From Vicugna vicugna (lineage: Eukaryota), in contig MU058221.1 of NCBI GenBank assembly GCA_013265495.1, forward strand, positions 3,472,001 to 3,536,000: a stretch of 64,000 bases of DNA, written 5' to 3'. Of this stretch, positions 38,720 to 52,799 are shown in pieces; the first letter of the stretch is position 1, and every line of letters begins with the position of its first letter. The notes beneath the pieces are model-generated. The model made no database searches. It was not told the DNA's origin and saw only the letters and a program-made list of their open reading frames with translations. Made by a program: the position numbers and the translations under genes.

Positions 38720-39346
38720 TGTATCTTGTTATTATCAGACATCTCTGGACAAAAATGTGCTACACCAAAAAAATTAAATAGAAAATATCGGTAGTCTTCC
38801 AAATGAACCACTAGTAATTAATTTGTTTAAGATTGGAAGGTTATAGGATTTTATACTTTGAAATAACATTTGTTGTCATATAAGACAACTAGAAATCGGG
38901 AGAAAATTCTTTAGATAGCATTTCAGAGGAAAAATATAATTTTATTATTTATATTTATATTACATTTACTATATTGCTACAAATTTAATCAAGAAACCCA
39001 TCCTCATGGTTTTGTTGTTATTGTTCTAAATTTCCATTTTGAACTGGTTTTGTCAGTCAACGAGACACTTTCTAGTAAACATACGGTAAAGATGGCTCTG
39101 AAATGCCCAGATCCTTCTTGGTTTGTCTGTCTCCCCCATCACATTACAATTGTCCTTTGCCTCCATCACTGTCCCCACCTTCTCCACATGATCAGATCCA
39201 TGTTCACCAGACGAAGACTGAGATCTAACCTTCTTACCACAACAGTGTACAACTCCTGAGCAGTTCTGTAGACAGTGGCTTCACGTGCAGGAATTTACAG
39301 CAGTCTCCTGGGGCATACTTTTCCATTTAATATTTTATAAACAATG

Positions 39347-39348
<2 letters not shown>

Positions 39349-39379
<31 letters not shown>
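39349..39379. repeat. Perfect (TG)15 microsatellite
   Basis: Directly visible. Confidence 0.95.
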
Positions 39380-39381
<2 letters not shown>

Positions 39382-39489
39382 TTGAGGAGAGTGAAAAGTG
39401 GGGATTATGGGATGGTCATAACCGGGGCTCTTTGTCGATGACAGCAACGCTACGATACTAAAAAGATCTGCAGTGGCGACAACAGATAG

Positions 39490-39720
39490 CACTGACTGAG
39501 AATTCAGCATGCTCCCGGCAATATTCTTAACAAGTGAGTGGCTTATGTAATGTTCCCAGTGACTGTGTGAGGTGAGGACTGTTAGTAATCTAAATGGAGA
39601 AACAGGGAGCTTAAGTAAGTTCCCCCAGGTCACACAGGTAGAAAGTTTGGCAGCCAGAATCAAGTCAAGATTTTTCTCTCCAGAAAAAACATATCCAGTG
39701 ACCAGCACGCTGCACTTTAC
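39490..39720 (-). mobile_element. MIR
   Basis: tgtgaggtgaggactgttagt...ggagaaacagggagcttaagtaagttcccccaggtcacacaggtagaaag. Confidence 0.7.
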
Positions 39721-40299
39721 ATGAAGATTCAGAAATGGGGCCAAACGCGTGGTTGACTTTAGCTACAGCTTTATTCCAGTGAGGGATGGGAAAGGAGCGA
39801 TGGGAAACGAACATCTTCATTTTGAATAAACGGGTGGGTAGCAGTAGAGGGAAATAAACGAACATTTAGGATTCAAGAACTGAGTGTTGGCACGGTGGCT
39901 GAAGGTCTTACTCTTTTTGCCTGAGTATTTTAAGACAGCCTGCGCAGAATTCAACACGTGCAGGCAGGTCAGGCGATTCAAGTCCGCATTATGGACTAAA
40001 AAGTTATATACACATTCCAGTAGTTTCGAGCATATTTTAGTGGCAGATATATGAGAGCTGGACAATTAAAAAAATCTAAATAAGCCATGGTCTTGCCCAA
40101 GTTCTTTGAGTTTAATATCTGGGTACACAAAGTCAATGAAGATCATGGGGTGCATTGCGTATGGCATTTGGTTGCATCTCAGTCCAATCAAGCTTACAAA
40201 TGTGTCAAAATGCCTGCTTGAGGTTTTGTCCCGAGTTTCTCAAAAAAAAAAAAAACTGCCTTTCTCAGACTGTTTGGTTTGATTGGCTGACAATCATTC

Positions 40300-40661
40300 T
40301 AAGTGAAGTAAGCCAGAAAGAGAAAAAAATACCATATGATATCGCTCATATGTGGAATCTAAAAAGAAAAAACAAAAACAAAGCATAAATACAAAACAGA
40401 AATAGACTCATAGACATAGAATACAGACTTGTTGCCAAAGGGGCGGAGGGTGGGAAGGGATAGACTGGGATTCCAAAATTGTAGAATAGATAAACAAGAT
40501 TATACTGTATAGCACAGGGGAATATACACAAGATCTTACAGAGAAAGGAATGTGACAATGAATATATATATGTTCATGTATAACTGAAAAATTGTGCTCT
40601 ACACTGGAATTTGACACAACATTGTAAAATGATTATAAATCAATAAAAAATGTTAAAAAAA
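40300..40661 (+). mobile_element. Young 5'-truncated L1 (~360 bp) with 10-bp TSD
   Basis: ILSEVSQKEK ORF2 end, 3'UTR, A tail; TSD acaatcattc 40290-40299 / acaatcgttc 40662-40671. Confidence 0.93.
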
Positions 40662-42518
40662 ACAATCGTTCATCAATTCCATATGCCTGTTTTCAAAGAA
40701 TCCTGCCATTATAGGATTTCACAGTGGGAAGTACTTTACACTGAGGGGTTCTGCTTTCAAACTGTACTTTCTCTCATACTTAATTAAAAGACCGAAATGT
40801 GTAGATTGTAGACTTCACCAGCATCATTTGCTGAATACACTGCTAAGATGATTTCGTTTTGCAAAGAATCAAGAATCGGGCAGATTATTGACACTTGGGT
40901 CTCTTGGAAATGATCACAGTTAACCTACCCAGAAGCCTAACAGAATGTCTTATGCGTGGGGAAATTGAACGAGCATCAGCAAAAATAGTTGTTAAATAAA
41001 CATGAAGGTCAGTGGATAAATAGCCTCTGAGGGGGAAAAAATGTATATGGTTTCTTCCTCCATCTTTGCTATAAAAAAAAAAGCCTTTGCATCTATCAAA
41101 GTTAGTTCGTTTTGAAGCTTGAAATTGAGAGGAAAGTGCAGTTCAAGAAGCACTAAAAGAACACTCTGTACTCTCCTTGAACTTCTGCGCCCCAGTCTCT
41201 ACATAGATTTTCATTTTGTCCTCAGTCCTTGGAGATTGCTTTTGAGGAATGATATGGGCTCCCTCTGGTGACTCATTTCACACCTAAACATCCCCATGGA
41301 GTTAATTAGGAGGACATAGTTCCTGGATCGTGAGCTTGTCTCATGTAGAAAAGGATGTGAGGTTATAGGCCTAGAGGGAAGATTAAAAAAAAAAAAATCC
41401 AGAGTTTAGCGCTGGTTCTCTACTGAATGCACAGAAGAACTGACTTGATCGCATTCAATTCCCCAACTGTGCGCTACCTTTTAAAAAAGTTTATTGGACC
41501 TACTGCTGTTTAGAATGAGAATATCTCTACATTTTCAGGCAAAATACTTCTTAAATTTAGAGAAAATTAAAATATTTTAAAACAATATAAGTGGGCGTTT
41601 TGTTTTCTTTTCCCCCCAATGTGTTGATGCACATAGAAGTGGAATAGGGCCAGGGGAAGTGAGAAATCGGGGCTATGCGTGAAGGGTGTACTCAAATCTA
41701 GTCCCTCCGAGCTGGACCGCTCTTCATTAGCTTACAGGAGCCTGGGTAGGGGCTCCCTGCCGGTATGATGGGGGGCAGACCTCACGCTCCTTACTCAGCC
41801 CACCCTTCTGTTTATTTTTTTTCTTCCTATTTTTATTATCTCTCTTTCATCGTAAGAAATAAAATGTGTTCTAAGACATACAGTTAAAGCACTGAACCAC
41901 ATTCTGGGCCCTGGTTTATTCCTCTCGACTCAGAAATCATCATCGTTACAAAGTTTCTGTGCGTCCTTTCCATTCAGCTGTTCTGTTTTCAACACGCGCG
42001 TGTCCACATAAACGATCTTGAAACTGAATGTTGTTTTGTGCCCGTTCACCTACCTCTGTTGTGTCGTTTAGTTTCAGTTACCTCTGTTGGTGTCATTCTG
42101 TCTGTACCTTCCTGCAGCTGCTGTCTTTTGCCACCGGAGATTTTAGATTCCTGCACGTTGACGTGTGTAAATATAATTCGTTTCCTTTACCTGCAATCAG
42201 CTATCGTACTCCAACGTCATTTATTTATTCAGACCATTCATAATTGCCATTTAGGCTTTTTTTTTTTTTTTCGGTCAGCCTAAAGGTTCGGAGCAGTTCA
42301 AGGCCTCTTCCTTTTCTACATTTATGAGAGTTTCTCAAGAACACGCACCATGGAGTTGGACTGAGGCGTCTCGCTGCATGCACATCTGTAACTCTGTTAA
42401 CTAATACGAAATTGTTCTTCAAAGCCATGTTTTCTGTTTACTTTCCCACCACTTCTTATTTATGAAACCATTGCTCCCAGTGAAAATGTTCCACTGTTTA
42501 ATTTCTACCATTGCGTTT

Positions 42519-42653
42519 ATTTGTGTATTTATTTTTTTGGTGGGGGAAGGTAATTAAGTTTACGTATTTTTGGAGGAGGTGCCGGGGATTGAACTCAGGA
42601 CCTCATACATGCTGAGCATGCCCTCTACCACTTGAGCTACACCCTGCTCCCCC
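42519..42653 (-). mobile_element. Vic-1-like tRNA-derived SINE with ~19-bp TSD
   Basis: Reverse of gggtgtagctcaagtggtagagggcatgctcagcatgtatgaggtcctgagttcaatcccc; TSD aatttctaccattgcgttt 42500-42518 / agtttctaccattgcattt 42654-42672. Confidence 0.92.
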
Positions 42654-43384
42654 AGTTTCTACCATTGCATTTGATGTCTGCCATCCTCTGTAATACTTTT
42701 AAAAGTGATTTTCACCAGTGGCTTCATTTATGAACAGTCTACCACTGTCACACAGGTCCTCTAGTCACAGTCCTTTTCTGCACAACAAAATGAGTCTAAA
42801 TAAATACATTCTCGTTCCTATGCGCCCGGACATAGTAAAGGAAGAGATATTAACATTCACATCACTACTGCTTCTGGAAAATATCCTAGTGCCAGGTTTT
42901 CATGTCCCTCCTCCTTTTGAAGTTCACGTCAGCTGGTTAAACCAGTTAGTTATCTTTTCTTCCAATGTCATCTAACTCCAAGTCATTTCCCTTTATTTTG
43001 TAAGGTATTTTTCTGTGGGTCTTTTAGTTTTCTTCTGTATGCTTCCTCCATTCCTTGACAAGAGATAATAGTAATGTCCCTGTGAAGGGCTTTTATACTT
43101 CAGTGACCTTCAGCACAGGAGAACAGGAATCCTCATCTATCCCAAACACATTTACCTTTGAATTTTTATCTATAACTAGATTTAACCCAGATAGACATCC
43201 TCTTTTATTTACACACCACCAGGACCACTTCATCTAAATGCTATTTTAAAAAAAAAAAGACAGCCATGACACACATCATTTTAAAATTTTTAAGTATTCA
43301 TTTCAAGTGAGCTTTATTGCTGCTCAGAAGCCTACTCATTCTCCGTAGTCTTTTTGGGTTGTATCAATAAATTTGAATCTTTAT

Positions 43385-44113
43385 GAGTGTTTCAGCTATC
43401 AGTGGAAGCAAAACATAGTAAGCAAACTGTAGTGGCTTTCAGTGACAACGATGTACCCTTTTGTTGTAATTCTGTGGGTGGTTCTGCACCACATTTCTCT
43501 TTGAAGTCACTTGAGCAGCTCTATTCAGATAGGAACTCGGCTGGTGGTGGAATTTCCAAGATGGCAGATGGCCTCTCATCCTTCAAGATCTCCTTTCCGT
43601 GCCACCTGTCATTATTCCATGTTCTTGTCTGAACTATTTTGCAGAATGGTGGCTGGCTTCCAGGACAGGGTTCTGCAATGACAAGTCTCAATGTGCAATT
43701 ATTCCTCCAGCCTCTTCTTTCATTGCCATGCTAATGTCCCATCTATCAAAGCCAACTTATGGTTACCAGGGAGGTAAGGGGTAGGACGGGATATATTGGT
43801 AATTTGAAATTTGCAGAAATTAACTACTATAAATAAAATAAAACAAATTTCTACTGTGTAGCACATGGAACTATGTTTAATGTTTTGTAGTAACCTATCA
43901 TGAAAAAGAATATGAAAACCAAGATATGTATGTGTATGTATGACTGAAACATTATGCTGTACACCAGACATTGGCACAACATTGTAACTGACTATATTTC
44001 AATTTAAAAAAAGCCAACTGCGTGGCCAGAGCTAAGGTAGGACAGGATTACATAAGCACCTGAGTACTAGACGGCATGGTTCAGAGAGGGCTGCCGATGT
44101 AAAGCCTGTCATA
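43385..44113 (-). mobile_element. MaLR LTR (MLT1J-like) interrupted by an L1 tail
   Basis: tttcagctat...tccaagatggc...tgctaatgtcccat..caaagc|..gtggccagagc...ggcatggttcag; continues across the L1 insert. Confidence 0.55.
43758..44009 (+). mobile_element. L1 3'UTR-only insertion with 10-bp TSD
   Basis: tatggttaccaggg...tgctgtacaccaga...acaacattgtaactgactat; TSD aaagccaact 43748-43757 / 44010-44019. Confidence 0.9.
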
Positions 44114-44588
44114 ATTAGAATTTCAAAATAAGCATCGGATTTCAAGAAATTGAATTTAAGTAATTTTGCCTTGGGTAATGGAGAGGGTACATGGGGAATA
44201 GGGGTCAGGTAGTGCTCCAGAATTATTTTAAACAAAAAAATACTGGTTTCCAGTAATTATCTTCTGGGGCCCAATTACCACTTTAATACACCAAATCAGT
44301 AACTTCAGTTGAATTTTGTTCCCTGATGCATTAACAACTGAGTTTTGCAGAACTAATTGGTTTTCTGAATGTATTCTCTGCTAATGTGATTATTTCCAGA
44401 CACCGAACCATTTCTCTTCTTTTCCTCATCTTGCCCAACACAGTAAACGTACACATGCACACACACCTGAAATTAAAATTCAAAAACAAGCTACAACCCT
44501 ACTAGAATTGATTACATATTTTATTAGGCTCCTTTCTGATGTTTTTTTCCTCATTTTTAAAATTCTGGCATTCAAAAACAGTTGAATG

Positions 44589-44763
44589 ATACACAGTAAG
44601 TTTCTACTGTGTGGCACAGGGAGCTATGTATTTGATACCTTGTAGTACCCTATAATGAAAAAGAGTATGAAAACAAATATGTGTGTGTGTGTATGACTGA
44701 ATCATTAATGCTGTACACCAGACATTGACACAACATTGTAAACTGACTACTTCAATAAAAAAA
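44589..44763 (+). mobile_element. L1 3'UTR-only insertion
   Basis: ctactgtgtggcacaggg...tgctgtacaccagacattgacacaacattgtaaactgactac; TSD core agttgaatg 44580-44588 / 44768-44776. Confidence 0.85.
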
Positions 44764-47210
44764 GAGTAGTTGAATGGCTGTCGTAAATGAACGCTGTCTT
44801 AGGCGCTGAGGGGATACCAAAGAAGATATGAGATGTCATTCTTTAATTTGCATAATCCTTTTAAAGTCAGACATGTCTTGGTATGCGTTACGGCTTTGTT
44901 GAAACTTCAGTTGTATGAAGAAGTTTCATGAGCGCTCTCATGTCCGTGTTCTGGATGACCAAATTGAGGCTCAGAAAAATGAAGTGATTATTCACAGTGT
45001 GCACCAGGAAAGGGATGGCATTCAGACTGATTGTTTTGAGTTGAATTCCAGCGCTGCTTTGCGACGGAATGAATGTGAGCTGCAGGGTTTTATAGATCTG
45101 GGTCTAAATTTTGACACTGACACCTGGGCAAATTCCATTAACCTGTGAAAATGCTGATTCTGTGTTTTAAACATTGTAATAGTGGTATTTATACAGTCCG
45201 TATGGTTGCGTTCATATTAATCTACCACATTAAGCTGTCATTTTGAGGATGTAACTGCTGCCCTGGAAGCCTGGCAGGCTAGCTAAGGAGTTCAGGTATG
45301 ATCATCGAAACCAACAGCATTAGGGGATACAAAAGTGTTAAAAAAAAAAGAACAGATAGTACAAAACATGGTTCCGTGTTCAGCTGTGCAGCAGTGAAGG
45401 AAGCTCACTGAAGAGGAAGGGCAGAGAGGGCTGATGTAGTCAGAGAGGACTTGATAGAAAAGGTGGCACTTGAACTTGGCCTTAAATCTATTAGACTCAC
45501 TTGTAGCTGGTGTCCTTTGCCTCCAGCCTCAGCAGAGTTCACATCATTTCCTCTGTAATGACTGTTCGCAGAGGCGAAGACCATGATCAATCACATCTCA
45601 ACCATGAAGGTTTGACCCTTTTGCCACATTGAGTAGGCGTCCCATTGATCTGCCAGGCATTACTCCAGATCACCCTCCTCCCCGCCTTCCTCCTTCTCTG
45701 CCGTACGAGTGTCTGTTCTGCCCTTCCAAGGTCTAAGTGCCCATTTGCAGCATCATCTTGCCTGGATTCCCTGGACCTAAGAAAGCCCCAGGTTCTTTAT
45801 GATAAGCACTTGCATTAGAAAACGTGCTCTCCAAAAATATAAACGCTACCCCGCTAACTACCTGAGGTAAAAGAACAGTCGTGAAATTTAATAAAGAAGA
45901 AATGAAATGTTCCATTGGAGACCAAAATTGCTTTACAGCAGTACAATAAAATAAAACACAAGCCAGTTGCCCTCAGCAATGGACTATTATTCACACACAG
46001 CAAAACAGGAAGTGGCCCTCAGGGTTGCTTGAGCATAAATGTCAGAGTGATGAGAGTTTTTTTTTTTTTCCTTTCCTTTTAACCTCTGAGGAACTATGGG
46101 AGGAGAGTAGAAAGACCCACACGCAAGCAAAACGTAAAAATACTTCCTGTCCTGGTCGACCATCTTTCTCATATTTTATTCTGACAAACTGGTACTGGCT
46201 TGAATGGGATGTGTACCTTCTTTATTCTCTTAGATAATGCAGCCAATGAGGGATAAGAGATTCACATTTTCCTCCAGAAAGGATGCAAATGATTTTCCAT
46301 CAGTATTGGGATAGGACAATAATTCTAGATCCCTGAAAAAGCTGACAAGTGGCCAAACTGAATCCTTTACTTCAATGTCTTCCCTGGTACCTAAGGCGAT
46401 GTCGAGCTTATGATGGTCCTCAAGATTGTTTGTTGAATAAACAGACAGAAGATGTTTATGTAGACAGTGATGACAGTCTGACTAGCAGATGTAGAGGAAC
46501 TGTGGAGGATTTTTCTTGAAGCTTTTTTGTTCAGGGAAGCACGTCAACTTTTACTGAGCCAGTGTGTTTATCTGGGAAGGCTGAGGAGGAGAGCAGATGG
46601 GAAGTCAGTCTCTGCCTTTCTTCTGTCTATTCTGCTTGTTAACTATTTCTTCAAAATTAACATCCCGTTTCCTCACCTTAGACCAGTTCTTTGACTGTTT
46701 TTGTTTTGCGGGAATGGTAGAAAAGAGGAAGTTGATAAAAAAAAATGATCTGTAATTGAGTCATTCTGGCTTCTCTCTGTTAACACCAAAAATCTGGTGT
46801 GCTGTCTCAGTGAACCACACATATTTGGCCACCATCATTCTGGTCCTACATGCATGAGAGGTCAAACTGGAACAGAATGTTTATCGGACTTATCAACTGT
46901 CCCTTATTTGGCAGGGTTTTTTTCCCCCTTCCATCTTTCCTAGCCTCTGATCAAATCTCTTGCCCTGATCGGATCAAGTAATAGTCCCATATTGTGTGTT
47001 CTGTCTTTCCCTAAGTCCCTACACTATTACGTGACAAATAATCTGCTGAAAAATGACTAAGAGTTTAAGTCAGAGGTGGCTAGTATCCGAAAGTCTTTAT
47101 GAAATTTGTACATATGGACCATACGTGGATTCTCAGAGATTGGACACACGCCACGTGGAAGCCATTTTGGGAAAGATCGAAAATGGAGGTGAGGAAGCCA
47201 TGGGCATTCT

Positions 47211-47219
47211 TTTTTGTGT

Positions 47220-47250
<31 letters not shown>

Positions 47251-47295
47251 ATTGAAGTGTAGTCAGTTTACCATGTTATGACAATTTCTGTGTAC
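47211..47295 (-). mobile_element. Very short L1 3' end whose tail is a (CA)n(TA)n microsatellite
   Basis: attgaagtgtagtcagtttaccatgttatgacaatttctgtgtac is the reverse L1 terminus; candidate TSD cattct 47205-47210 / 47296-47301. Confidence 0.65.
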
Positions 47296-47659
47296 CATTC
47301 TGCAATGCTCCTTGGATTCCTTTGTGATCTGTATACCATAGATTTCCACGTAAGGTTTCAAAGGAAGAAAAATATTGATTGAACAATCACTGAAAACCAC
47401 CACTTTCTATAATCTACTAAATTGGTGGGTAAGAAAATACAAGAGGATTGCTTCCCCTAAAGACAATCATTTTCATAGTCACACAAGTCATTTGTAGGCA
47501 GTGGCTCCATTATGCTCCAGATCAACCTTTTGTCATTGGCAGTGCAGTGATTTGGAGGGGAATGAAGAGCAAAATCACACAATGTAGAGCCAATCAGGGG
47601 AATATTTTGAGGCAGGAGCAAAAGCATCAAACCAACAGCATCCCCAAGGAAAACCCAGC

Positions 47660-48140
47660 AAGCATCTCTCCTTTTATTGCGCTTCACAGAAACCGGTTTT
47701 GTTTTTGTTTTTAATGCAAATTGAGAGTTTGTGGCAATGCTGCATTGAGCAAATCTGTCGGCACCATTTTTCCAACAGCATTTGCGCACTTCGTGTTTCT
47801 GTGTCACATTTTGATACTTCTTGCAATGTTCCAAACTTTGCCATTATCATCGTATCTTTTACGGTGATCTGTGATCAGTGATCTGTGCCCTTACTATTGC
47901 AAAAAAAGATTGCAACTCACTGAAGGCTGTTAGCATTTTTCAATAGTGAAGGATCTTTAAATTAAGATATGTACTTTTTTTCAGACGTCATGGGTTGCAC
48001 ACTTAGTAAAGTATGGTATAGTGTAAACACAATGTTTTGAAAAACGTAACTTTTATATACACTGGGAAACCAAAACATCTGGGTGAATCACATCATTGCA
48101 GGGGTCTAGAGCTGACCCTGCAGGATCTCTGAGTTACAGT
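47660..48140 (+). mobile_element. Tigger1 internal-deletion derivative (Tigger1a_Art-like)
   Basis: ttttattgcgcttcacaga...gcaccatttttccaacagca...gtgatctgtgatcagtgatct joined to actcactgaaggct...aacttttatatacactgggaaaccaaaa. Confidence 0.8.
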
Positions 48141-49635
48141 TATGGTGAATCGTGTTTCTGCACCCTGGGGAAGAGGCACCACCTGAAGTGTCCATGCTGC
48201 ACCTGCGCCTGAGGCAGAGAGGAGAGGGAATCAGTCCCCAGTCCTTTTTCTAACAGTCACACTCCTGCCCTTGAGGAAACATAAGGGTTAAACCTTGCCA
48301 ATAGCCAAACTGATCTGTTCCAAAGCACTTTGTTCTTTTCTGCCCATAAATTCAGTCTAGGTTCCCTTCCTGTTCGTCTGATTTTCACGACATTTTAAAC
48401 CTCTTTTCTTTCTTTACCATATCCAGTCGTGCCTTCCTGAGGGTGTCAGTGGACCAAGCAGGCACCTGCGGGTTTCTCTGCTTCATCAGTTTCCTCTGCA
48501 GTTGAAACGGCTCTTCCACTGTCCTGTCAAAAGCCAGCCAGTGTCCAGAAGTTTCTAGCAGCATTTCTGTTCATCTTCTAACTTGCATTTCTCCAAATAC
48601 GGGTCTTCTCCTCAGTCCTTCAGACTTGATCCCTGTCTCAGTTTATTGTTACAAAGGCAACCACCTTAGTTTCTTGAAGTGAAGAACAAATTAGTGATGA
48701 AGCAAGTTTAAGACAGTTGCACCCACATTTCTCCCTATTAACCAAGGAGGGTCAAACATGTTACTCATCACTCTTTGCAGCATCACCAGCCCTGTCCTTG
48801 GTAGTAGAAAACTCACTACAGGCAGAAATGTTAGCTCTCCTTCTGAGACAGATGGGGGAAAAAAAAAGACAGAGCAGAAAGTAGGATGTTGACAATGGAA
48901 TCGGGAGTGATGGTAAAAATATAAAATAATACTAATTTGAAAGGATGAGTGAGACAAAATGGAAGAGAAAGAAAAGAGGGTACCAGAAGGGATGTAAGGC
49001 AGTAATTTTAAAAAAGGCTCCACAAGATAGGAAGATAAGAAGCAACATTTACTTAGGTGTTTTGTCTGTTAAACACAAAACTAGACGCTGTCCTTTTTTT
49101 TCTGACTTGACAGGTGTAATTAATCAAACAAAAATAAAGAAGCAAACACAAAGAACAGAACGTAAAGGGCCCTGAAGTTGGACAGGTTTGGACCAATTGA
49201 GAAATTAGAGAACCAGAAAGTACCAAAACCTGAATCCCAGACTCCTTTATCAGATTCTAAAACAGAGATTTTTCCGAAAGATGAGAAGGAAAAGAAAGGA
49301 TGTTCACTAGAAAGGGGAGGGTGATTTTATTGCTAAAGAGAGTGACTTTTTAAATTGGCCCACACTCTTCGGCTTTTTCACTAACTTTTTGCGAACATAA
49401 TATAAATGTTTCATTATCAATGAATGACTTTTATACTTAAAGTAAGAATTGGCATTTAAGAAAATTTTTAAGAGATTTATACTAGTGTCTTTTAAAGAAA
49501 ATATTTAAAGATGGATTCTTAAATGGGAATGGATGTGAGGGGAACCCAAATTCCTAGCCCCCCAAATATGATCACTCATATAAATAGAGAAACTTGAATC
49601 CTGTCTTAAAGTGATTTGAACTAAGAAGATGGTTC

Positions 49636-49813
49636 ATAGATAAACAATAAGGTCCTACTGTACAGCACAGGGAACTATATTCAAAACCTTGTGATAGCCT
49701 ATAGCAAAAAAGAATATGAAAAAAAATATATATATATATTCACACAGCTGAGTCACCATGTTGTACAACAGAAATTAACACAACATTGTAAATTGACTAT
49801 ACTTAAATAAAAA
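49636..49813 (+). mobile_element. L1 3'UTR-only insertion
   Basis: agataaacaataaggtcctactgtacagcacagggaactatattcaa...acaacattgtaaattgactatact; TSD agatggttc 49627-49635 / 49815-49823. Confidence 0.88.
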
Positions 49814-52494
49814 TAGATGGTTCTTAACACTCAGAGTGAAAAGAAAAAAAAATCTGGTTTTAATCAAAAGCAGCATGGATATAACTCAGCCTCTTTAGCA
49901 TGTGAATAATACTCATCAGATAGGGAATAAAATGACCTGTTATTAGTAAACGTAGTAATTTATCCATCCTTTTAAGTGAAACTGAATTGAGTCTTCGTTC
50001 AGGAATGGAAAGGTGGAGTCTAGTTCATAGAATATGATCTGTGAGTGTCGACTAATGTCCTGGAGAAACATGGGAAAGAGATGTGAGGTCCTAAGAGGTA
50101 GACATGAAGTTGGCTGCAGAACAGGGCAAGGTGTGAGTCTGCAAAGCTGAAAAGTGGGCTTTCCACCTGGGGTGGGACAGTCATTGGAAAATGAATCCAG
50201 CTTCAAATACTAGAGGGTCATCTCACAAGACTCACAGACCAGAAGATTGGGGAACATGGGAGAATAACGTGCATTGAATAAGAAAATCTTGGTACGGAGC
50301 GCCAGTGCGTTCAGCTGAGTCCTTAAGCGCCTCTGACCCCCGATCCCAAACTTGAGCAGTGCCGGAGGGGAGCCTGTGAGCCCTGGGCACCGGGCAGGGC
50401 TTGCCAGCGGCTGGAGAAGTCTGTGACTCCCCCACAGTCTCACCAAGAGTGGGATCCTGTCTTGTTTAAGCCTAATGATTAAACACAAAACCTCCTCAAT
50501 GTCAAAGACACATCTCATCCAATTAAATTGCCCACAAAGTAGTGCATTCACTGTGCAGTCTTTGTCTCCAGCCGTAGTTTCTGGAAACAGAAGAATAGAT
50601 GCATTTCTCCTACTAGAAATAAAGAAAGAATAAAACATGCAAGATGTCGTGTGTGACTGCGCCACTAAAAAGACTTTATTATCTGGATTTTTCTAATACC
50701 TCTGGAAACATCACCAGAGATAAAAGATTTTAACTTTTATTTTTACTTACAAGGAATAAAAAGTTTTCATTTATTCAGGAAAAAAAACATTTGGGCTCCT
50801 CTTGATGTTAACTCTGGATCAAATAAATATTAATTATTTTAATTTTGCTACTTACATTTCAGAGGTCGAAGTCCCTATAAAATATCCTCTGTCGATAAGG
50901 AGTCTTTGGTTTTTTTCCTCCCCCTTACATTCTGTAACTCAGGAGAATAATTTATACTATTATGTACTGCTATTTTCGTAGCATATATCTCAGGTCAGCT
51001 GTTACTTGACAGCTTATAAGTGAGCCCTCCTGGTTTTATTTTTTATGAAAATGTCATATGTGCAAGTTCTGTTTCACAGAACGAGTAGATGAAGAGGTGG
51101 TAAATTGCATGATGAGTCTTCACTTCTTTACAAAGGGCCTCGCCTGGGATTCATCATGTAATGATTTTCTTTACTGTCATTGCTTATTCACATACAGATA
51201 AATAAAGAAGCCGCCGTGAAGGGCTGAGAGGCTAAGATAATTACATCTAAGCTGTATGACACGTAATCCATCCACAATGAAGATGAGGCTTCCTGAGTAG
51301 AAATTCTGTCTCTGATGAAATAGTCCAGTTGAACCACCACTTGATTTATATAACCCCCCCCCATTTTATTCCCCCCTGGAATGTATCTGACTGCTGAGTT
51401 AAAACCCACTTGCCTGTGACATGAACCTGAGCTTGCAGTATGACCATCAACGTGCTAGCTAACAGTGTAGGGGATTCCTAACTGCCCTCCCGCCTCCCTG
51501 ATCCCTTGCCCGCATGTCCCTTAGTTGGAATAAAGCATGAAGACTACGGTACATCCACAAAGATTTTTCATTTTGAGTGTCAGACACTCAGCTCAGAAAC
51601 TCAAGCTTCTCTCTTCGTTTCCTCACCCTGTTAGAATGTGAGCTCAGCACGGTAGGGGTATTCCCCACATTTCCTCGAACATCCTGGCGTCAGTGAGGTT
51701 GCTCCCTGGCTATGTATGATGTGTTACTGTGTATTACTTGATAGACTGTATTTGTTGAAGGTAGAGTGAGTGAACCGCCTTGAGACCAGTTTAAATGATG
51801 CTAATGTGCATTATGACACAGGATCCCAAACAATGCCGTGGAGCTTCTTCCTGGCCCCTTCAGCATCTTGACTCTGCTTGGTCTTGCCATGTATTCTTGT
51901 GTACTCACATCTCTTTCGATGACGGCTTAGTCCCCGAGAGAGAAGGAGAGATGGCCACTGGCAACCCAAGCACGTTCGCTTTTATTTGTGGTTTAGTGAG
52001 TGATTATCCGACAGAGTGGAAGGACTCTAAATAGCCCCTTTGTTTCCCATACCAGCATTTATTGCCAGGAAGCGGACGAGGCCATGTGATTGGCAGGTGG
52101 TGCCATCAGGAAGAACCACGTGGCATGAGAAAGGACAGCTTTCCAGGCGTAAGCAGAGAAAACCAAAATAAGCTCCCACATCCCTTACTTCTAGTTAGTA
52201 TACCAAAGTTAAGTCAAAGCAAGGGTTACTTCTTGTCATAAGAGCACGACTTACATTACGTCTAGATCCCCGTTCTGAGTAATAGCAGGCTCCGTCAACC
52301 TAGTGTCTTACCTCCCACGTGGACTGCTCCTCTTTGGGCCTTTTCCTCTGTCTTCAATCTCTGACATTTCAGGGCAGGGAAGAACCCTTCATTAATTTCT
52401 CACTTTGAAGTAAATCCTCAGCTGAAAGGGGACTCAGAATTTTAACCATGGAAATGGGGGAAAGCGTTATTCTCTTGACATGAATGTCTCTCCT

Positions 52495-52790
52495 TTGAAG
52501 TCTGTAATACTAGGAAGAGCCAGTCTTGCAGATGAAGTGGGAAGCAGGCTGCGGGAGAATTCCTTCTTGCAGGGGTGAGGGGAGAGGAGAGGGGACAGGA
52601 GGGGGTCTTTTTTGTTCCATTCAGGCCTTCAACTCATTGTGCGAGGCCCACCCACATGAGGGAGGGCAGTCTGCTTTCTCAAATTCTACCAGTTTCCATG
52701 TTAATCTCATCCAAAACACCCTCACAGAAACATCCAGAATAGTGTTTGACCAAGTATCTAGATGCCCTGTGGCCCAGCCATGTGGACATT
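52495..52790 (-). mobile_element. MLT2 (C/D-like) 3' LTR of an ERV-L provirus, partial
   Basis: ttcaggccttcaact...aggcccacccacat...tgttaatctcatccaaaacaccctcacagaaacatccagaatagtgtttgaccaa. Confidence 0.85.
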
Positions 52791-52799
52791 CATACGTAT

